The position numbers and the translations under genes were made by a program. Of a DNA stretch of 64,000 bases, positions 9,446 to 19,206 are shown one piece after another. Position 1 is the first letter of the stretch, and each line of letters starts with the position of its first letter. Source of the DNA: Bacteroidales bacterium (GTDB lineage: Bacteria > Bacteroidota > Bacteroidia > Bacteroidales > UBA1402); the NCBI GenBank assembly GCA_012718945.1, contig JAAYBL010000013.1, forward strand, positions 692 to 64,691, in the 5' to 3' direction. Under the pieces are notes generated by a model. It had not been told where the DNA came from. It did no database searches and was given only the letters and a program-made list of their open reading frames with translations.

Positions 9446-10753
9446 ATGACCTTACAGGAACTTAATCAATTGGTACGCAACAACCTCAGGCAACAAATGC
9501 CTGGGACTTACTGGGTGCAGGCTGAGATTAGTGAATGCAAAGAGCATTTTTCGGGCCATTGTTACCTTGAACTCATTCAAAAGAAAGAAGGTCAGGACAG
9601 TCTTTGTGCCAAAGCCAGGGCTACCATTTGGGCCAGTGTCTGGCAAAACCTGAAGCCGGCTTTTCTCCGTCAAACCGGTACGAATTTATCACCAGGTTTA
9701 CAAATCCTGGCTGAAGTGGCGGTTGACTTTCATGAACTGTATGGTTTCAGCCTGGTAATCAAGGATATTGATCCCACCTACACGTTGGGCGATCAAGCCC
9801 GGCGTCGCCAGGAAATTCTCAAACGGCTGGAAAAGGAAGGCGTCATCGACCAGAACAAGGAATGGCCATGGCCGGTCATCCCCAGACGGATAGCCATCAT
9901 TTCCTCGCCCGCTGCAGCCGGTTACCAGGACTTCATGCGTCAACTGACTGACAATGAATACGGTTTTTCTTTCTACACCGCGCTTTTCCCGGCGACCATG
10001 CAAGGAGGTGAGGCGCCCCGATCTATTATTCAGGCACTCGATAGCGTCATCGACAGTGGACTCCCCTTCGATGTGGTGGTCATCATACGTGGAGGCGGTG
10101 CTGTGGCCGATTTGCAGTGTTTCGATGATTATGCGTTGTGCTTTTACGCAACACAATACCCGTTGCCCTTGTTGACGGGGCTGGGCCACGACAAAGACAG
10201 TTCCATTTTAGACAGGGTGGCGCACACGTCGGTCAAAACCCCGACCGCTGCCGCCGAACACCTGATTGCTACCTTGGCCCAACAGGCCATGAGGATGGAC
10301 GATTTGGCCGACCGATTACAGCGTCGCGTCAGGCAAGTGCTCGACAATCAACGCCTCACTATGCAGCGTTTGCCAGGACAGCTGGCATCTTTGGTACAAC
10401 AACAACTGATGCAGGCCAACCTCAAGGTGGAACGTCAATCGTCGGCTCTCAGGCAAGCCACCCGCGGCGTTCTGTTGGAGGAACAACAACGAAATACATT
10501 GCTCTCCACCCGTCTGACCATGAAGGCCAATACGCTGATGGAACAAGAGCAGTTACGCTGGCGCCTGTTGGAGCAATCCATCCTGGGCTTCTCGCCAGAG
10601 GCCATGTTGAAAAAAGGCTTTTCCCTGACCGTTTTTCAAGGCAAAGCCCTGCGTTCCATTGAGGAACTGCCCGTTGACGCCTTGATTGAAACACGCTTGG
10701 CCGATGGGTGCCTGATCAGTAAACTACAATCAAAACAGACCAACCATGAGTGA
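9446..10753 (+). CDS. xseA: Exodeoxyribonuclease VII large subunit
   Basis: OB-fold N-terminus (YWVQAEISE...GHCYLEL), the IIRGGG motif and a long coiled-coil C-terminus. It overlaps xseB by 8 nt. Confidence 0.9.
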   Translation: MTLQELNQLVRNNLRQQMPGTYWVQAEISECKEHFSGHCYLELIQKKEGQDSLCAKARATIWASVWQNLKPAFLRQTGTNLSPGLQILAEVAVDFHELYGFSLVIKDIDPTYTLGDQARRRQEILKRLEKEGVIDQNKEWPWPVIPRRIAIISSPAAAGYQDFMRQLTDNEYGFSFYTALFPATMQGGEAPRSIIQALDSVIDSGLPFDVVVIIRGGGAVADLQCFDDYALCFYATQYPLPLLTGLGHDKDSSILDRVAHTSVKTPTAAAEHLIATLAQQAMRMDDLADRLQRRVRQVLDNQRLTMQRLPGQLASLVQQQLMQANLKVERQSSALRQATRGVLLEEQQRNTLLSTRLTMKANTLMEQEQLRWRLLEQSILGFSPEAMLKKGFSLTVFQGKALRSIEELPVDALIETRLADGCLISKLQSKQTNHE

Positions 10754-10952
10754 ATCCCCCTTGACGTACAGCCAAGCCATGCAGGAAGTGGAACAAATCC
10801 TTGCTGCCTTGGAAAAGAACAACCCCGATGTTGACCTGATGAGCCAGCAGGTGAAACGGGCTGTAGAGCTCTTGCAGCAATGCAGGCAGAAGCTTGTCGA
10901 GACCGATGAGACCATCAAGCAGGTGTTCGAACAATTTAATCCCCAAGGTTGA
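10746..10952 (+). CDS. xseB: Exodeoxyribonuclease VII small subunit
   Basis: 68-aa helical protein (YSQAMQEVEQILAALE...) overlapping the xseA stop codon. Confidence 0.85.
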   Translation: MSESPLTYSQAMQEVEQILAALEKNNPDVDLMSQQVKRAVELLQQCRQKLVETDETIKQVFEQFNPQG

Positions 10953-10953
10953 C

Positions 10954-11631
10954 ATGTCGATGCAACGGACAGCCCTCATCATGGCAGGTGGCAAAGGCTT
11001 ACGCATGGGACAAGCCTTGCCCAAGCAATTTCTGTTGCTTGACGGCAAGCCTGTGCTGATGCATACCTTGTCTACCTTCGGCCTCCTGAAACCCGATGTA
11101 CGGATTGTCCTTGTCTTACCGGCCGACCAGATTGACTACTGGCAGTCATTATGCGAGACATACGCCTTTACCCTGCCCCATACCATCGTTCAGGGGGGAC
11201 ACTGTCGCTTCGACTCAGTCAAAAACGGTCTGGCCGCTGTCGATGAGGCTGGGCTGGTAGCCATACACGATGGGGTAAGGCCCCTGGTTTCCACGGCACT
11301 CATCGAACGGTGTTATGCAGCGGCGGCCACCCATGGATCAGCGCTGCCCGTTACCCCTCTGATTGAAAGCCTCAGGCAGGTGGAGGCCAATGGTAATCAC
11401 GCTGTCGACAGGACGGCGTACCGCTTGGTACAGACTCCTCAGACCTTTTCAGCTGCCTTGATCAAGCAAGCGTATGCTCAAGCCGACCGCAACGATTACA
11501 CCGACGATGCCGCCGTGTACGAAGCCATGGGGCGTGTTGTTCACCTGGTAGAGGGGGAACGACAGAACATAAAGATCACCGAAGGGGCCGACCTGGAATT
11601 GGCCGCTTTTTACCTCGAACGCTCCGTTTAA
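10954..11631 (+). CDS. ispD: 2-C-methyl-D-erythritol 4-phosphate cytidylyltransferase
   Basis: ALIMAGGKGLRMG...PKQFL and VAIHDGVRP motifs. The start is set at MSMQRT (ATG at 10954), 1 nt after the xseB stop. Confidence 0.9.
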   Translation: MSMQRTALIMAGGKGLRMGQALPKQFLLLDGKPVLMHTLSTFGLLKPDVRIVLVLPADQIDYWQSLCETYAFTLPHTIVQGGHCRFDSVKNGLAAVDEAGLVAIHDGVRPLVSTALIERCYAAAATHGSALPVTPLIESLRQVEANGNHAVDRTAYRLVQTPQTFSAALIKQAYAQADRNDYTDDAAVYEAMGRVVHLVEGERQNIKITEGADLELAAFYLERSV

Positions 11632-11649
11632 TCAAATCATCGATAGCGC

Positions 11650-13749
11650 GTGTTGGATCTGGCAAGCAAGGAACTCAAGTTCATCCCGGGGGTAGGACCC
11701 GCCAGGGCTGAATGGTTGAAGAAGGAACTCAAGCTGCTCAATCAAGAGGACTTGTTGTACTTTTTCCCTTACAAGTACATTGACAGAACCCGCTTTCAAG
11801 CCATTAGTGAACTAACAGCCGATGCCTCCTACGTACAGCTCAAGGGGCAGTTCCTCTCCTTTGAAACCTTGGGCGTGGGGCGCAGCAAGCGCATCAAGGC
11901 GCTGTTTACCGACGGGACAGGTAGCCTGGAACTGGTTTGGTTCAAGGGTCTGAAATACGTGGAAGACAAGTATAAGCTTGGACAAGTCTACGTGGTGTTC
12001 GGCAAGCCCTCTGTGTACGGTCATCAACTTTCCATCGCCCACCCGGACATTGAAACGCCGGCCGAACAAACCGGACAACCCAAAGCTGGCCTCCAGCCCT
12101 TCTATACCACGACGGAAAAAATGAAGGCGCATTACCTGAATTCAAAGGCCATGCACACCATCATTGTCAATCTGATCCGTTCCTTACAGGATAGAGTGCC
12201 CGAGACCCTGCCGGCCTATCTGTTGCAACAGTACAAACTGATGCCCCTTCACGAGGCCTTGGTACAGATACACATACCCTCCAATCAACAATTGCTCAAA
12301 CAAGCCAGGTACCGGCTTACGTTTGAAGAGTTGTTTTACCTGCAACTACACATCCTTCGCTATGCAAAAGAGAGGGAGCGTAAATACAGGGGATACCCCT
12401 TCCAGCGGGTGGGAGACTTGTTCAATACGTTTTACCACACCTGTCTGCCCTTTGAACTCACCGGTGCCCAGAAGCGTGTGCTCAGAGAAATCCGCAACGA
12501 TGTGGGCAAAGAAAGGCAGATGAACCGCCTGTTGCAAGGCGATGTGGGCAGCGGTAAGACGCTGGTGGCCTTGATGACCATGTTGATGGCTGTTGACAAC
12601 GGTTTCCAGGCCAGTATCATGGCGCCGACTGAAATCCTGGCCAACCAACACTACGATACCATCAAGGCTTTTTTAGGTGACCTGCCTGTAAAGGTGGGAC
12701 TGCTCACCGGTTCCACCAAGGCAAAAGACCGGGTGCGTCTTCATGAAGGTCTCAGGGATGGCAGTATCCATCTGTTGATTGGTACCCACGCGCTGATTGA
12801 GGAAACCGTACAATTCCACAACCTGGGGCTGGTGGTTATTGATGAACAGCACCGCTTCGGGGTGGAACAACGCTCACGGCTCTGGCGCAAGAACGACATG
12901 CCTCCCCACGTGTTGGTGATGACGGCCACGCCCATCCCCAGAACCTTGGCCATGACGGTATACGGTGACCTGGATGTGTCGGTGATCGATGAATTGCCGC
13001 CGGGTCGAAAGCCCATCAAGACCATACACCGTTTTGACAACAAAAGAGCCCCGGTGTATACGTTCATGCGCGAACAGTTGCAGGCCGGGCGACAAATCTA
13101 CGTGGTCTATCCCCTTATCCAGGAGTCGGAAAAGATGGACTACAAAAACCTGGAAGATGGCTATCAGCACATTCTGGAAGCCTTTCCCGGTGTCCCTGTG
13201 GGTATGGTGCACGGTAAACTAAAAGCTGCTGAAAAGGATGCCCAGATGCAGGCTTTTCTGAGTGGGCAAACCCGCATCCTGGTGGCCACCACTGTCATTG
13301 AAGTGGGTGTGAACGTGCCCAATGCCAGTGTGATGATGATTGAGAGCGCCGAACGTTTTGGCCTTTCTCAGTTGCACCAGCTCAGAGGCAGGGTGGGGCG
13401 GGGCGCCGATCAGTCCTACTGCATACTGGTGACCTCCTACAAGTTGTCTGAAGACAGTCGCCGCCGTATTGAGATTATGTGTGGTACCAACGACGGTTTT
13501 GAAATTGCGGAGGCAGACCTCAAACTGAGGGGCCCTGGCGACCTTGAAGGTACGCAACAGAGCGGCATTCCTTTCGATTTGAAAATCGCCAACCTGGCCA
13601 GAGATCAACAACTGACCGAATTTGTGAGAAACATAGCCAGGGATATTCTAAAGGCTGATTCTGCCCTGGATCAACCCGATAATTTGCTTCTCAAGGCTCA
13701 ATTGAGAAAGCGTTTTGCCCACGAAGTGAACTGGGGTGTTATAAGCTAG
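11650..13749 (+). CDS. recG: ATP-dependent DNA helicase RecG
   Basis: Wedge/OB N-terminus, Walker A GDVGSGKT, DEQHRFGV, and QLHQLRGRVGRG. It appears to start with GTG. Confidence 0.95.
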   Translation: MLDLASKELKFIPGVGPARAEWLKKELKLLNQEDLLYFFPYKYIDRTRFQAISELTADASYVQLKGQFLSFETLGVGRSKRIKALFTDGTGSLELVWFKGLKYVEDKYKLGQVYVVFGKPSVYGHQLSIAHPDIETPAEQTGQPKAGLQPFYTTTEKMKAHYLNSKAMHTIIVNLIRSLQDRVPETLPAYLLQQYKLMPLHEALVQIHIPSNQQLLKQARYRLTFEELFYLQLHILRYAKERERKYRGYPFQRVGDLFNTFYHTCLPFELTGAQKRVLREIRNDVGKERQMNRLLQGDVGSGKTLVALMTMLMAVDNGFQASIMAPTEILANQHYDTIKAFLGDLPVKVGLLTGSTKAKDRVRLHEGLRDGSIHLLIGTHALIEETVQFHNLGLVVIDEQHRFGVEQRSRLWRKNDMPPHVLVMTATPIPRTLAMTVYGDLDVSVIDELPPGRKPIKTIHRFDNKRAPVYTFMREQLQAGRQIYVVYPLIQESEKMDYKNLEDGYQHILEAFPGVPVGMVHGKLKAAEKDAQMQAFLSGQTRILVATTVIEVGVNVPNASVMMIESAERFGLSQLHQLRGRVGRGADQSYCILVTSYKLSEDSRRRIEIMCGTNDGFEIAEADLKLRGPGDLEGTQQSGIPFDLKIANLARDQQLTEFVRNIARDILKADSALDQPDNLLLKAQLRKRFAHEVNWGVIS

Positions 13750-13869
13750 CGAGTCGTTAAGGAATCCAAAAAAATCGCTGCGTTTTCTTGGTTTTTAAAA
13801 AGAAACGATTACTTTTGACCAAACCGATAACACACAGCTATCCCTACTTCTAACAAGAAGCCCTTTCAG

Positions 13870-14763
13870 ATGCATATTAAAGCCCTTTTCACGTCGCTCT
13901 TCGTTATTTTCTGTTTTACCGTGTATGCTCAGGACAGGTATGCGGCAAACGTTTCGTATGACAAAAAGCATGCCATGCTTGATTCCGTTATTATGAAGGA
14001 ATTGGCCGAGGAGGAAGAGGTGGAAGAAGGTGACGTGTACGAAGGCTTGTATGAGAACTGGAGTGACACCAAGGTCAATCCCTACGGTGTGGACCTGAGT
14101 CAGCTGAAAGATAGTTTTTCCATTGATTGCCGCCACTACTACCCACCCTGCCTGGGGCATGTGACCTCTCCTTTTGGTCCTCGCAAACGCCGCTTCCACA
14201 ACGGTATTGACCTCAAAGTACAAGTGGGTGATACCATCAGGGCTGCTTTTAACGGCCGGGTACGCGTGAGGCGTTACAACAAGGGCGGTTACGGTTATTT
14301 TCTGGTGTTGAGGCATAAAGATGGGGTTGAAACCATTTATGGCCATCTGTCCCGTTTTTTGGTAGCCCCCAATCAGGAAATAAAAGCGGGTGATCCCATC
14401 GCATTGGGTGGCAACACGGGTCGTTCCACCGGTTCGCATTTGCATTTCGAGGTACGTATCATGGGCCAACCCCTCAATCCATCCAAGCTTTTCAGTTTCA
14501 CGGATTACCTGCCACTCAAGGATTATTACTACGTGGTGAAGGATGAAGCCTTTTCAGAACGCTTGCGATACTCAGGTGTATACACCGCCAAAACACACAC
14601 GGCGGGCAAGTATTCCAACCTCTCTTACTACACGGTCAAAAAGGGTGACAACCTGGGTCGTATAGCCTCCAGGAACGGGCTGTCCATCTCTAAACTTTGC
14701 CAGCTCAACAACATCAAGCCCTCCTCCATTATTCGTCCGGGACAACGCTTGCGATTGTCTTGA
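13870..14763 (+). CDS. M23 family peptidoglycan metalloendopeptidase with C-terminal LysM domain
   Basis: HNGIDL...GGYGYFLVLRH...GNTGRSTGSHLHFE is an M23 signature. The C-terminal YYTVKKGDNLGRIASRNGLSISKLCQLN is a LysM domain. Confidence 0.9.
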   Translation: MHIKALFTSLFVIFCFTVYAQDRYAANVSYDKKHAMLDSVIMKELAEEEEVEEGDVYEGLYENWSDTKVNPYGVDLSQLKDSFSIDCRHYYPPCLGHVTSPFGPRKRRFHNGIDLKVQVGDTIRAAFNGRVRVRRYNKGGYGYFLVLRHKDGVETIYGHLSRFLVAPNQEIKAGDPIALGGNTGRSTGSHLHFEVRIMGQPLNPSKLFSFTDYLPLKDYYYVVKDEAFSERLRYSGVYTAKTHTAGKYSNLSYYTVKKGDNLGRIASRNGLSISKLCQLNNIKPSSIIRPGQRLRLS

Positions 14764-14782
14764 TTCTCCCTGGCTTTTTTGC

Positions 14783-14790
14783 TACTTTTG
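14783..14790 (+). promoter_or_regulatory. -7 promoter motif (TActTTTG)
   Basis: Matches TAnnTTTG 27 nt upstream of the ATG at 14817. Confidence 0.45.
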
Positions 14791-14816
14791 TGCCTTGAAC
14801 AATCAATACATTAGTC

Positions 14817-15356
14817 ATGGCCGATACCAGCCGTCAGTTTGACGCCGTTGCGGCAGCCTGTCGCGACATTTTTTCCAAAAAGTTACACGATTACGGTGCT
14901 GCCTGGCGCATCCTTCGTCCTACGTCCGTCACCGATCAGATGCTTATCAAAGCACATCGGATCAGAACCCTGGAGATAAAAGGCACGTCAAGAGTACCGG
15001 AAGGGATCAAGCCTGAGTTTCAGGGTTTGGTCAATTATGGTGCCATCGGCTTGATTCAACTGGAGCGTGGTTATGCGGGTTGTGCCGACATGACTGAAGA
15101 AGAAGCGTTGGCAGCCTACGATGAAAAGGTAGCCATGGCCAAATCATTGATGCTTGATAAGAACAGTGACTACGATGAGATTTGGCGTCAAATGCGGGTT
15201 TCATCCTACACCGATTTGATTCTGACCAAGCTGAACCGCACCAAGCAAATGGAAGACCTGGATGGCAATACCCTGATTTCTGAAGGTGTCGATGCCAACT
15301 ATCTGGATATGATGAATTATGCCTTGTTTGGTTTGATACGGCTCGAATACGACTGA
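14817..15356 (+). CDS. DUF1599 domain protein
   Basis: KKLHDYGAAWRILRP...LIKAHRIRTLE and a second NSDYDEIWRQMR half. The conserved Bacteroidota neighbourhood DUF1599-DoxX-tpiA is recalled from memory. Confidence 0.65.
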   Translation: MADTSRQFDAVAAACRDIFSKKLHDYGAAWRILRPTSVTDQMLIKAHRIRTLEIKGTSRVPEGIKPEFQGLVNYGAIGLIQLERGYAGCADMTEEEALAAYDEKVAMAKSLMLDKNSDYDEIWRQMRVSSYTDLILTKLNRTKQMEDLDGNTLISEGVDANYLDMMNYALFGLIRLEYD

Positions 15357-15363
15357 CCTGACA

Positions 15364-16665
15364 ATGGGGACAAACACGCGAAACGAAACGATCAAGGCTT
15401 TTCTAGCCACCTATATCCTGCCCATCGTGCAGATTCTGGTGGGCGGTGTTTTCCTTTTTTCCGGGTTTGTTAAAGCCTTGGACCCTGTGGGTACTGTCAT
15501 CAAGCTTCACGACTACACTGATGCTTTTGGCCTGACCATTCTTCCTCTGTTTCTAAACCTGGCGGCTTTGTTGCAGGCGGCTGTAGAATTTGCCCTGGGT
15601 GCCTTTGTCCTGCTCGGGTTGTATAAACGTGTCACCGCTTGGTTGGTGCTCATTTTTATGGCCGTCATGACTCCTTTTACCTTGTACCTGGCGCTGGCCA
15701 ATCCCGTATCGGATTGCGGCTGTTTTGGAGAAGCCATTACCCTCACCAATTGGGAAACGTTTTGGAAGAACGTGGTGATGTTGGTGTTGACGGTCTTTTT
15801 CTTTCTTTTCACAACCAAAAGCGGGACATTGTTTGGACGCCGCACAGGCCGTTGGGCTGCGATGTGGGTCATTCTTTTTCCCCTCCTGGTTGCCGGACAC
15901 GCCTACAGGCATCAACCGATGATAGATTTTCGGCCGTTTAAGCCAGGGGCTGATCTACGGGCCTTGACCACAGCCATCCCCGATTCCTTCAGCTACGCTT
16001 TTATTTATGAAAAAGACGGGCTGCAACAAACCTTTACCACCGACCAATTGCCAGCCTCCGATGAGGGGTGGACCTATGTGGACCGGACTGAAAAATTGGT
16101 CAGAGCTGGTCAGGCTCCCATTATCGAAAACCTGGCCATCCTGCACCCTGAAACCGGTGATATCACGGCAACGATACTGGACGATACCTCTTACGTCTTT
16201 CTGTATGTTGCCGATAAACTGGAGACGGCAGACAGACGCCGTGTGCCCGAAGCCAATACAGCCTACGGCTACGCCAACCTTCATGGTTACACTTTTTACG
16301 GCTTGACAGCCTCTGATTCCACCACCATCGATGAGTGGCGCTATGAATATGAAACCCCTTTTGAGTTTTGTACGGCAGACGACCGATTGCTGACAACCAT
16401 GACCCGCAGTAATCCTGGTCTGCTTTTGCTAAAGAATGGCGTGGTGATACGCAAGTGGGCTTTCAGGGATATCCCTGATTTTGCCTCCCTCGAAAAACCA
16501 CTATCCGAATCCAGTCTGGGACGTCTCCGTCACCGCTCTCTGTTTAGGGTGTTGGGACTGAGTCTCCTGATCTTTCTGTTCCCCCTGCTTTATTTCCATC
16601 AACTGCACGCTGGTCGTATAGCCAGGCTGGGACACCTAACGACGAAATCAACCAAATCCGTTTAA
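15364..16665 (+). CDS. DoxX-like membrane protein with a large extracytoplasmic C-terminal domain (BT_3928-like)
   Basis: The N-terminal half has about four or five hydrophobic helices (FSGFVKALDP...) and a CGCFG motif. The C-terminal half is soluble and is followed by a final transmembrane segment. Confidence 0.55.
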   Translation: MGTNTRNETIKAFLATYILPIVQILVGGVFLFSGFVKALDPVGTVIKLHDYTDAFGLTILPLFLNLAALLQAAVEFALGAFVLLGLYKRVTAWLVLIFMAVMTPFTLYLALANPVSDCGCFGEAITLTNWETFWKNVVMLVLTVFFFLFTTKSGTLFGRRTGRWAAMWVILFPLLVAGHAYRHQPMIDFRPFKPGADLRALTTAIPDSFSYAFIYEKDGLQQTFTTDQLPASDEGWTYVDRTEKLVRAGQAPIIENLAILHPETGDITATILDDTSYVFLYVADKLETADRRRVPEANTAYGYANLHGYTFYGLTASDSTTIDEWRYEYETPFEFCTADDRLLTTMTRSNPGLLLLKNGVVIRKWAFRDIPDFASLEKPLSESSLGRLRHRSLFRVLGLSLLIFLFPLLYFHQLHAGRIARLGHLTTKSTKSV

Positions 16666-16683
16666 TTATATAAATACGAATCA

Positions 16684-17448
16684 ATGAGAAAAAACATCGT
16701 AGCAGGTAACTGGAAAATGAACAAGACCCTGCAAGAAGGCCTCGCACTGGCCACCGAACTGAATGACCTGTTGGCCACGACCAAAACCAACTGTGATGTT
16801 GTCATCGGTACTCCTTTCATTCACCTGGCTTCTGTTGCTGCGGCTGTAGATACCACCAAACTGGGTGTTGCTGCACAAAACTGTGCCGATCACGTATCGG
16901 GAGCCTATACCGGTGAAGTTTCTGTCGGCATGGTAAAATCGACCGGTGCCCAATACGTTATCCTTGGTCACTCCGAACGCCGCGCTTATTATGGTGAAAC
17001 CAGCGCCATCCTGAAGACCAAAGTTGAATTGGCACTGGCTGAAGGTTTGACCCCCATTTTCTGCATCGGCGAAGTGCTCGCTGAACGCGAAGCCGGCAAA
17101 CAATTCGAGGTTGTTGAAACCCAGATCAAGGAATCCCTCTTCGATTTGAGCGCTGCTGATTTCGGTAAACTGGTGCTGGCTTACGAGCCTGTTTGGGCCA
17201 TTGGTACCGGTAAAACTGCCTCTGCTGAACAAGCTCAGGAAATTCATGCCTACATCCGTGGTGTCATCAAAGCCAAATATGGTGCTGAAGTGGCCGACAA
17301 CTGCACTATCCTTTACGGTGGCAGCTGCAACGCCAAGAATGCCAAGGAACTATTCGCCAACCCCGATGTGGATGGTGGCTTGATTGGTGGTGCTTCTCTG
17401 AAGGCTGCCGACTTCATGGGCGTTATCGCCGGTTTTGACGTAGCGTAA
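16684..17448 (+). CDS. tpiA: Triose-phosphate isomerase
   Basis: [15 protein letters not shown], and [14 protein letters not shown] signatures. Confidence 0.97.
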   Translation: MRKNIVAGNWKMNKTLQEGLALATELNDLLATTKTNCDVVIGTPFIHLASVAAAVDTTKLGVAAQNCADHVSGAYTGEVSVGMVKSTGAQYVILGHSERRAYYGETSAILKTKVELALAEGLTPIFCIGEVLAEREAGKQFEVVETQIKESLFDLSAADFGKLVLAYEPVWAIGTGKTASAEQAQEIHAYIRGVIKAKYGAEVADNCTILYGGSCNAKNAKELFANPDVDGGLIGGASLKAADFMGVIAGFDVA

Positions 17449-17460
17449 GCTATCCATCAC

Positions 17461-17955
17461 ATGGCAGCATCGTATTCCATTCGACCGTTAGACCCTTCTG
17501 AAAGGCACCTGCTGCGTACTTTTCTGTACGAAGCCATTTTTATGCCCGAAGGAGACCCAAGACCGGATTATGCTGTCATTTTTTTGCCTGAACTGACCTG
17601 TTACTACGAAGATTTTGGCAAACCAGGCGATGATTGCCTGGTGGCCGAAATCGACGGTGAGGTGGTCGCTGCCGTTTGGATTCGGGTTTTTGAAACGTCC
17701 AGACCGGGATATGGGTACGTGGATGCGGAGACGCCTGAAATCAGTATGTCGGTATTGCCGGACTACAGGAGGCAGGGTATTGGAAAAGCCCTGTTTTACG
17801 CGATGCTCGAGCGTATGACCAGGACCGGGTGGGAGCGTGTCTCCCTGAGTGTCGACCTGGTCAATTACGCTCGCAAGCTGTACGAGGGGGCTGGTTTTAA
17901 GCCTGTGAAAATTGTGGGTGAATCGGTGACGATGGTGAAGGCACTGAAACCGTAA
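17461..17955 (+). CDS. GNAT family N-acetyltransferase
   Basis: RRQGIGKALF acetyl-CoA-binding motif and ARKLYEGAGFKP. Confidence 0.8.
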   Translation: MAASYSIRPLDPSERHLLRTFLYEAIFMPEGDPRPDYAVIFLPELTCYYEDFGKPGDDCLVAEIDGEVVAAVWIRVFETSRPGYGYVDAETPEISMSVLPDYRRQGIGKALFYAMLERMTRTGWERVSLSVDLVNYARKLYEGAGFKPVKIVGESVTMVKALKP

Positions 17956-18065
17956 TTGCGTCGCGTTCGCGCTTCCTTCGGAATTGCGCCTCATTTGCGC
18001 ATCCTCCGGAATTGCGCCTCATTTGCGCTTCCTCCGGAATTGCGTCGCGTTCGCGCCGCGATCCC
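17954..18065. repeat. Tandem 28-bp repeat, about 4 units in an A-B-B-A variant order
   Basis: Unit starts are at 17954, 17982, 18010 and 18038. Units 1 and 4 begin aattgcgtcgcgttcgcgc. Units 2 and 3 begin aattgcgcctcatttgcgc. The array starts within the GNAT stop codon. Confidence 0.9.
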
Positions 18066-18127
18066 TGAGGGGGGGCGGTGTAAACAGTTGAATAGCAAAG
18101 GCCTTTCAGGCCTACGCTGAAAAGTTT

Positions 18128-18165
18128 AAAGGGACAGAATTCAAGCGAGCTTGTTCTGTCCCTTT
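18128..18165 (-). terminator. Strong hairpin downstream of tRNA-Ser, possibly bidirectional
   Basis: aaagggacagaa / ttctgtcccttt plus an inner caagc/gcttg pairing. It is followed by a short T-run on the minus strand (AAACTTTTC), and cttttc follows on the plus strand. Confidence 0.6.
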
Positions 18166-18214
18166 AGACTTTTCTGCTACGAACCTGCGGTTCGTTTTGC
18201 TAATCAACTGTTTG

Positions 18215-18302
18215 CGGAGAAAGCGGGATTCGAACCCGCGATACCCTTTAGGGGTATACACGCTTTCCAGGCGTGCCTCTTCAACCACTCGAGCATCTCT
18301 CC
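18215..18302 (-). tRNA. tRNA-Ser (anticodon GGA)
   Basis: The reverse complement folds as a class II tRNA. The acceptor stem is GGAGAGA/TTTCTCC and the anticodon loop is CTGGAAA. It has a long variable arm (ATACCC/GGGTAT) and a T-arm GCGGGTTCGAATCCCGC. No CCA is encoded. Confidence 0.95.
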
Positions 18303-18366
18303 TTTTGAAAGGGAACCTTGACAGAGGTGGTTGGCTCTGACAAGAGTGGTAGGCCCTTAGCGGTCG

Positions 18367-18396
18367 CAAATGTACGAAAAAATTTTAACCTGCAAA
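18367..18396 (-). promoter_or_regulatory. Bacteroidota promoter for tRNA-Ser (-33 TTTG, 18-nt spacer, -7 TAcaTTTG)
   Basis: On the minus strand this reads TTTGcaggttaaaattttttcgTACATTTG, about 65 nt upstream of the mature tRNA 5' end. Confidence 0.55.
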
Positions 18397-18426
18397 CGGT
18401 TTTTTGATCGTCTCCTGCCCTAATTT

Positions 18427-19206
18427 TCAAGCCTGGCTGATAGGAGTGGGGTTCAGGAGCTTTTGTGCATTGGCCAGGCAGGTGGTTCTGACCTTTTCAA
18501 CGGGTAGTCCATAGGCCTGAGCGATGAAATCAATCACCAGAGGAATGTTGGCTGGTTCGTTGCGCTTGCCCCGATGAGGGACGGGAGCCAGGTAGGGAGC
18601 ATCGGTTTCGGTCACCAACGAGGTGAGGGGGAGTTGGTGCAGGAAAGCGGCTTGCTGGGATTTTTTGAAAGTGATACTGCCGTTGATTCCAAGCAGGAAG
18701 CCGTTGTTTGTCAATTCGATGGCTTCTTCCAGACTGCCTGCGTAACTGTGGAAAATGCCTCTGAGGCCGCTGCCATAGTAGGTGCGAATCACCGGCATGA
18801 TGGCCTCATAAGCATCGCGCACATGCAGAATGACGGGTAATTGCATGGCCACTGCCCAGTCCAGTTGGGTACGCAGCGCTTCGAGTTGTTCGTTCAAATA
18901 GGTTTTGTCCCAGTACAGGTCGAGGCCGATTTCGCCGATGCCAGCATAGGAGCCAGTGTCCAAGGCCTCTTTAATGCGTTGGAGATGGTCGGAGAAGCCG
19001 GGTTTGACATCGCAGGGGTGCAGGCCGGCAAACTGTTTAAAATAACCGGGGTAGGCCTTATTCAACGCTTCCATGGAGGGCAGGCTATCGGCATCGATGC
19101 CGGGTAACCAGACCTCGTTAATGCCGGCGGCACGGCTGCGTTCGATAACAGCCGTTCTGTCTTCCTCAAAAGCTTCCAGGTAAAGATGAGCGTGTGTGTC
19201 AATCAT
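18427..19206 (-). CDS. TatD family metal-dependent hydrolase/DNase
   Basis: MIDTHAHLY..., GEIGLDLYW, PVILHVRDA, and ETDAPYLAP motifs. The start is set at the ATG at 19206. Confidence 0.9.
   Translation of the reverse strand: MIDTHAHLYLEAFEEDRTAVIERSRAAGINEVWLPGIDADSLPSMEALNKAYPGYFKQFAGLHPCDVKPGFSDHLQRIKEALDTGSYAGIGEIGLDLYWDKTYLNEQLEALRTQLDWAVAMQLPVILHVRDAYEAIMPVIRTYYGSGLRGIFHSYAGSLEEAIELTNNGFLLGINGSITFKKSQQAAFLHQLPLTSLVTETDAPYLAPVPHRGKRNEPANIPLVIDFIAQAYGLPVEKVRTTCLANAQKLLNPTPISQA

Noticed and set aside
10138-10662. A 174-aa ORF in an alternative frame inside xseA.
   Set aside because: It lies entirely within the well-supported xseA frame. Its translation is Arg/Gly/Pro/Thr-rich low-complexity sequence typical of an off-frame reading.
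17954-18065. The 28-bp tandem repeats considered as a CRISPR array.
   Set aside because: The units are directly adjacent with no spacers. There are only about four copies, in two variant types, and no cas genes occur in the window.
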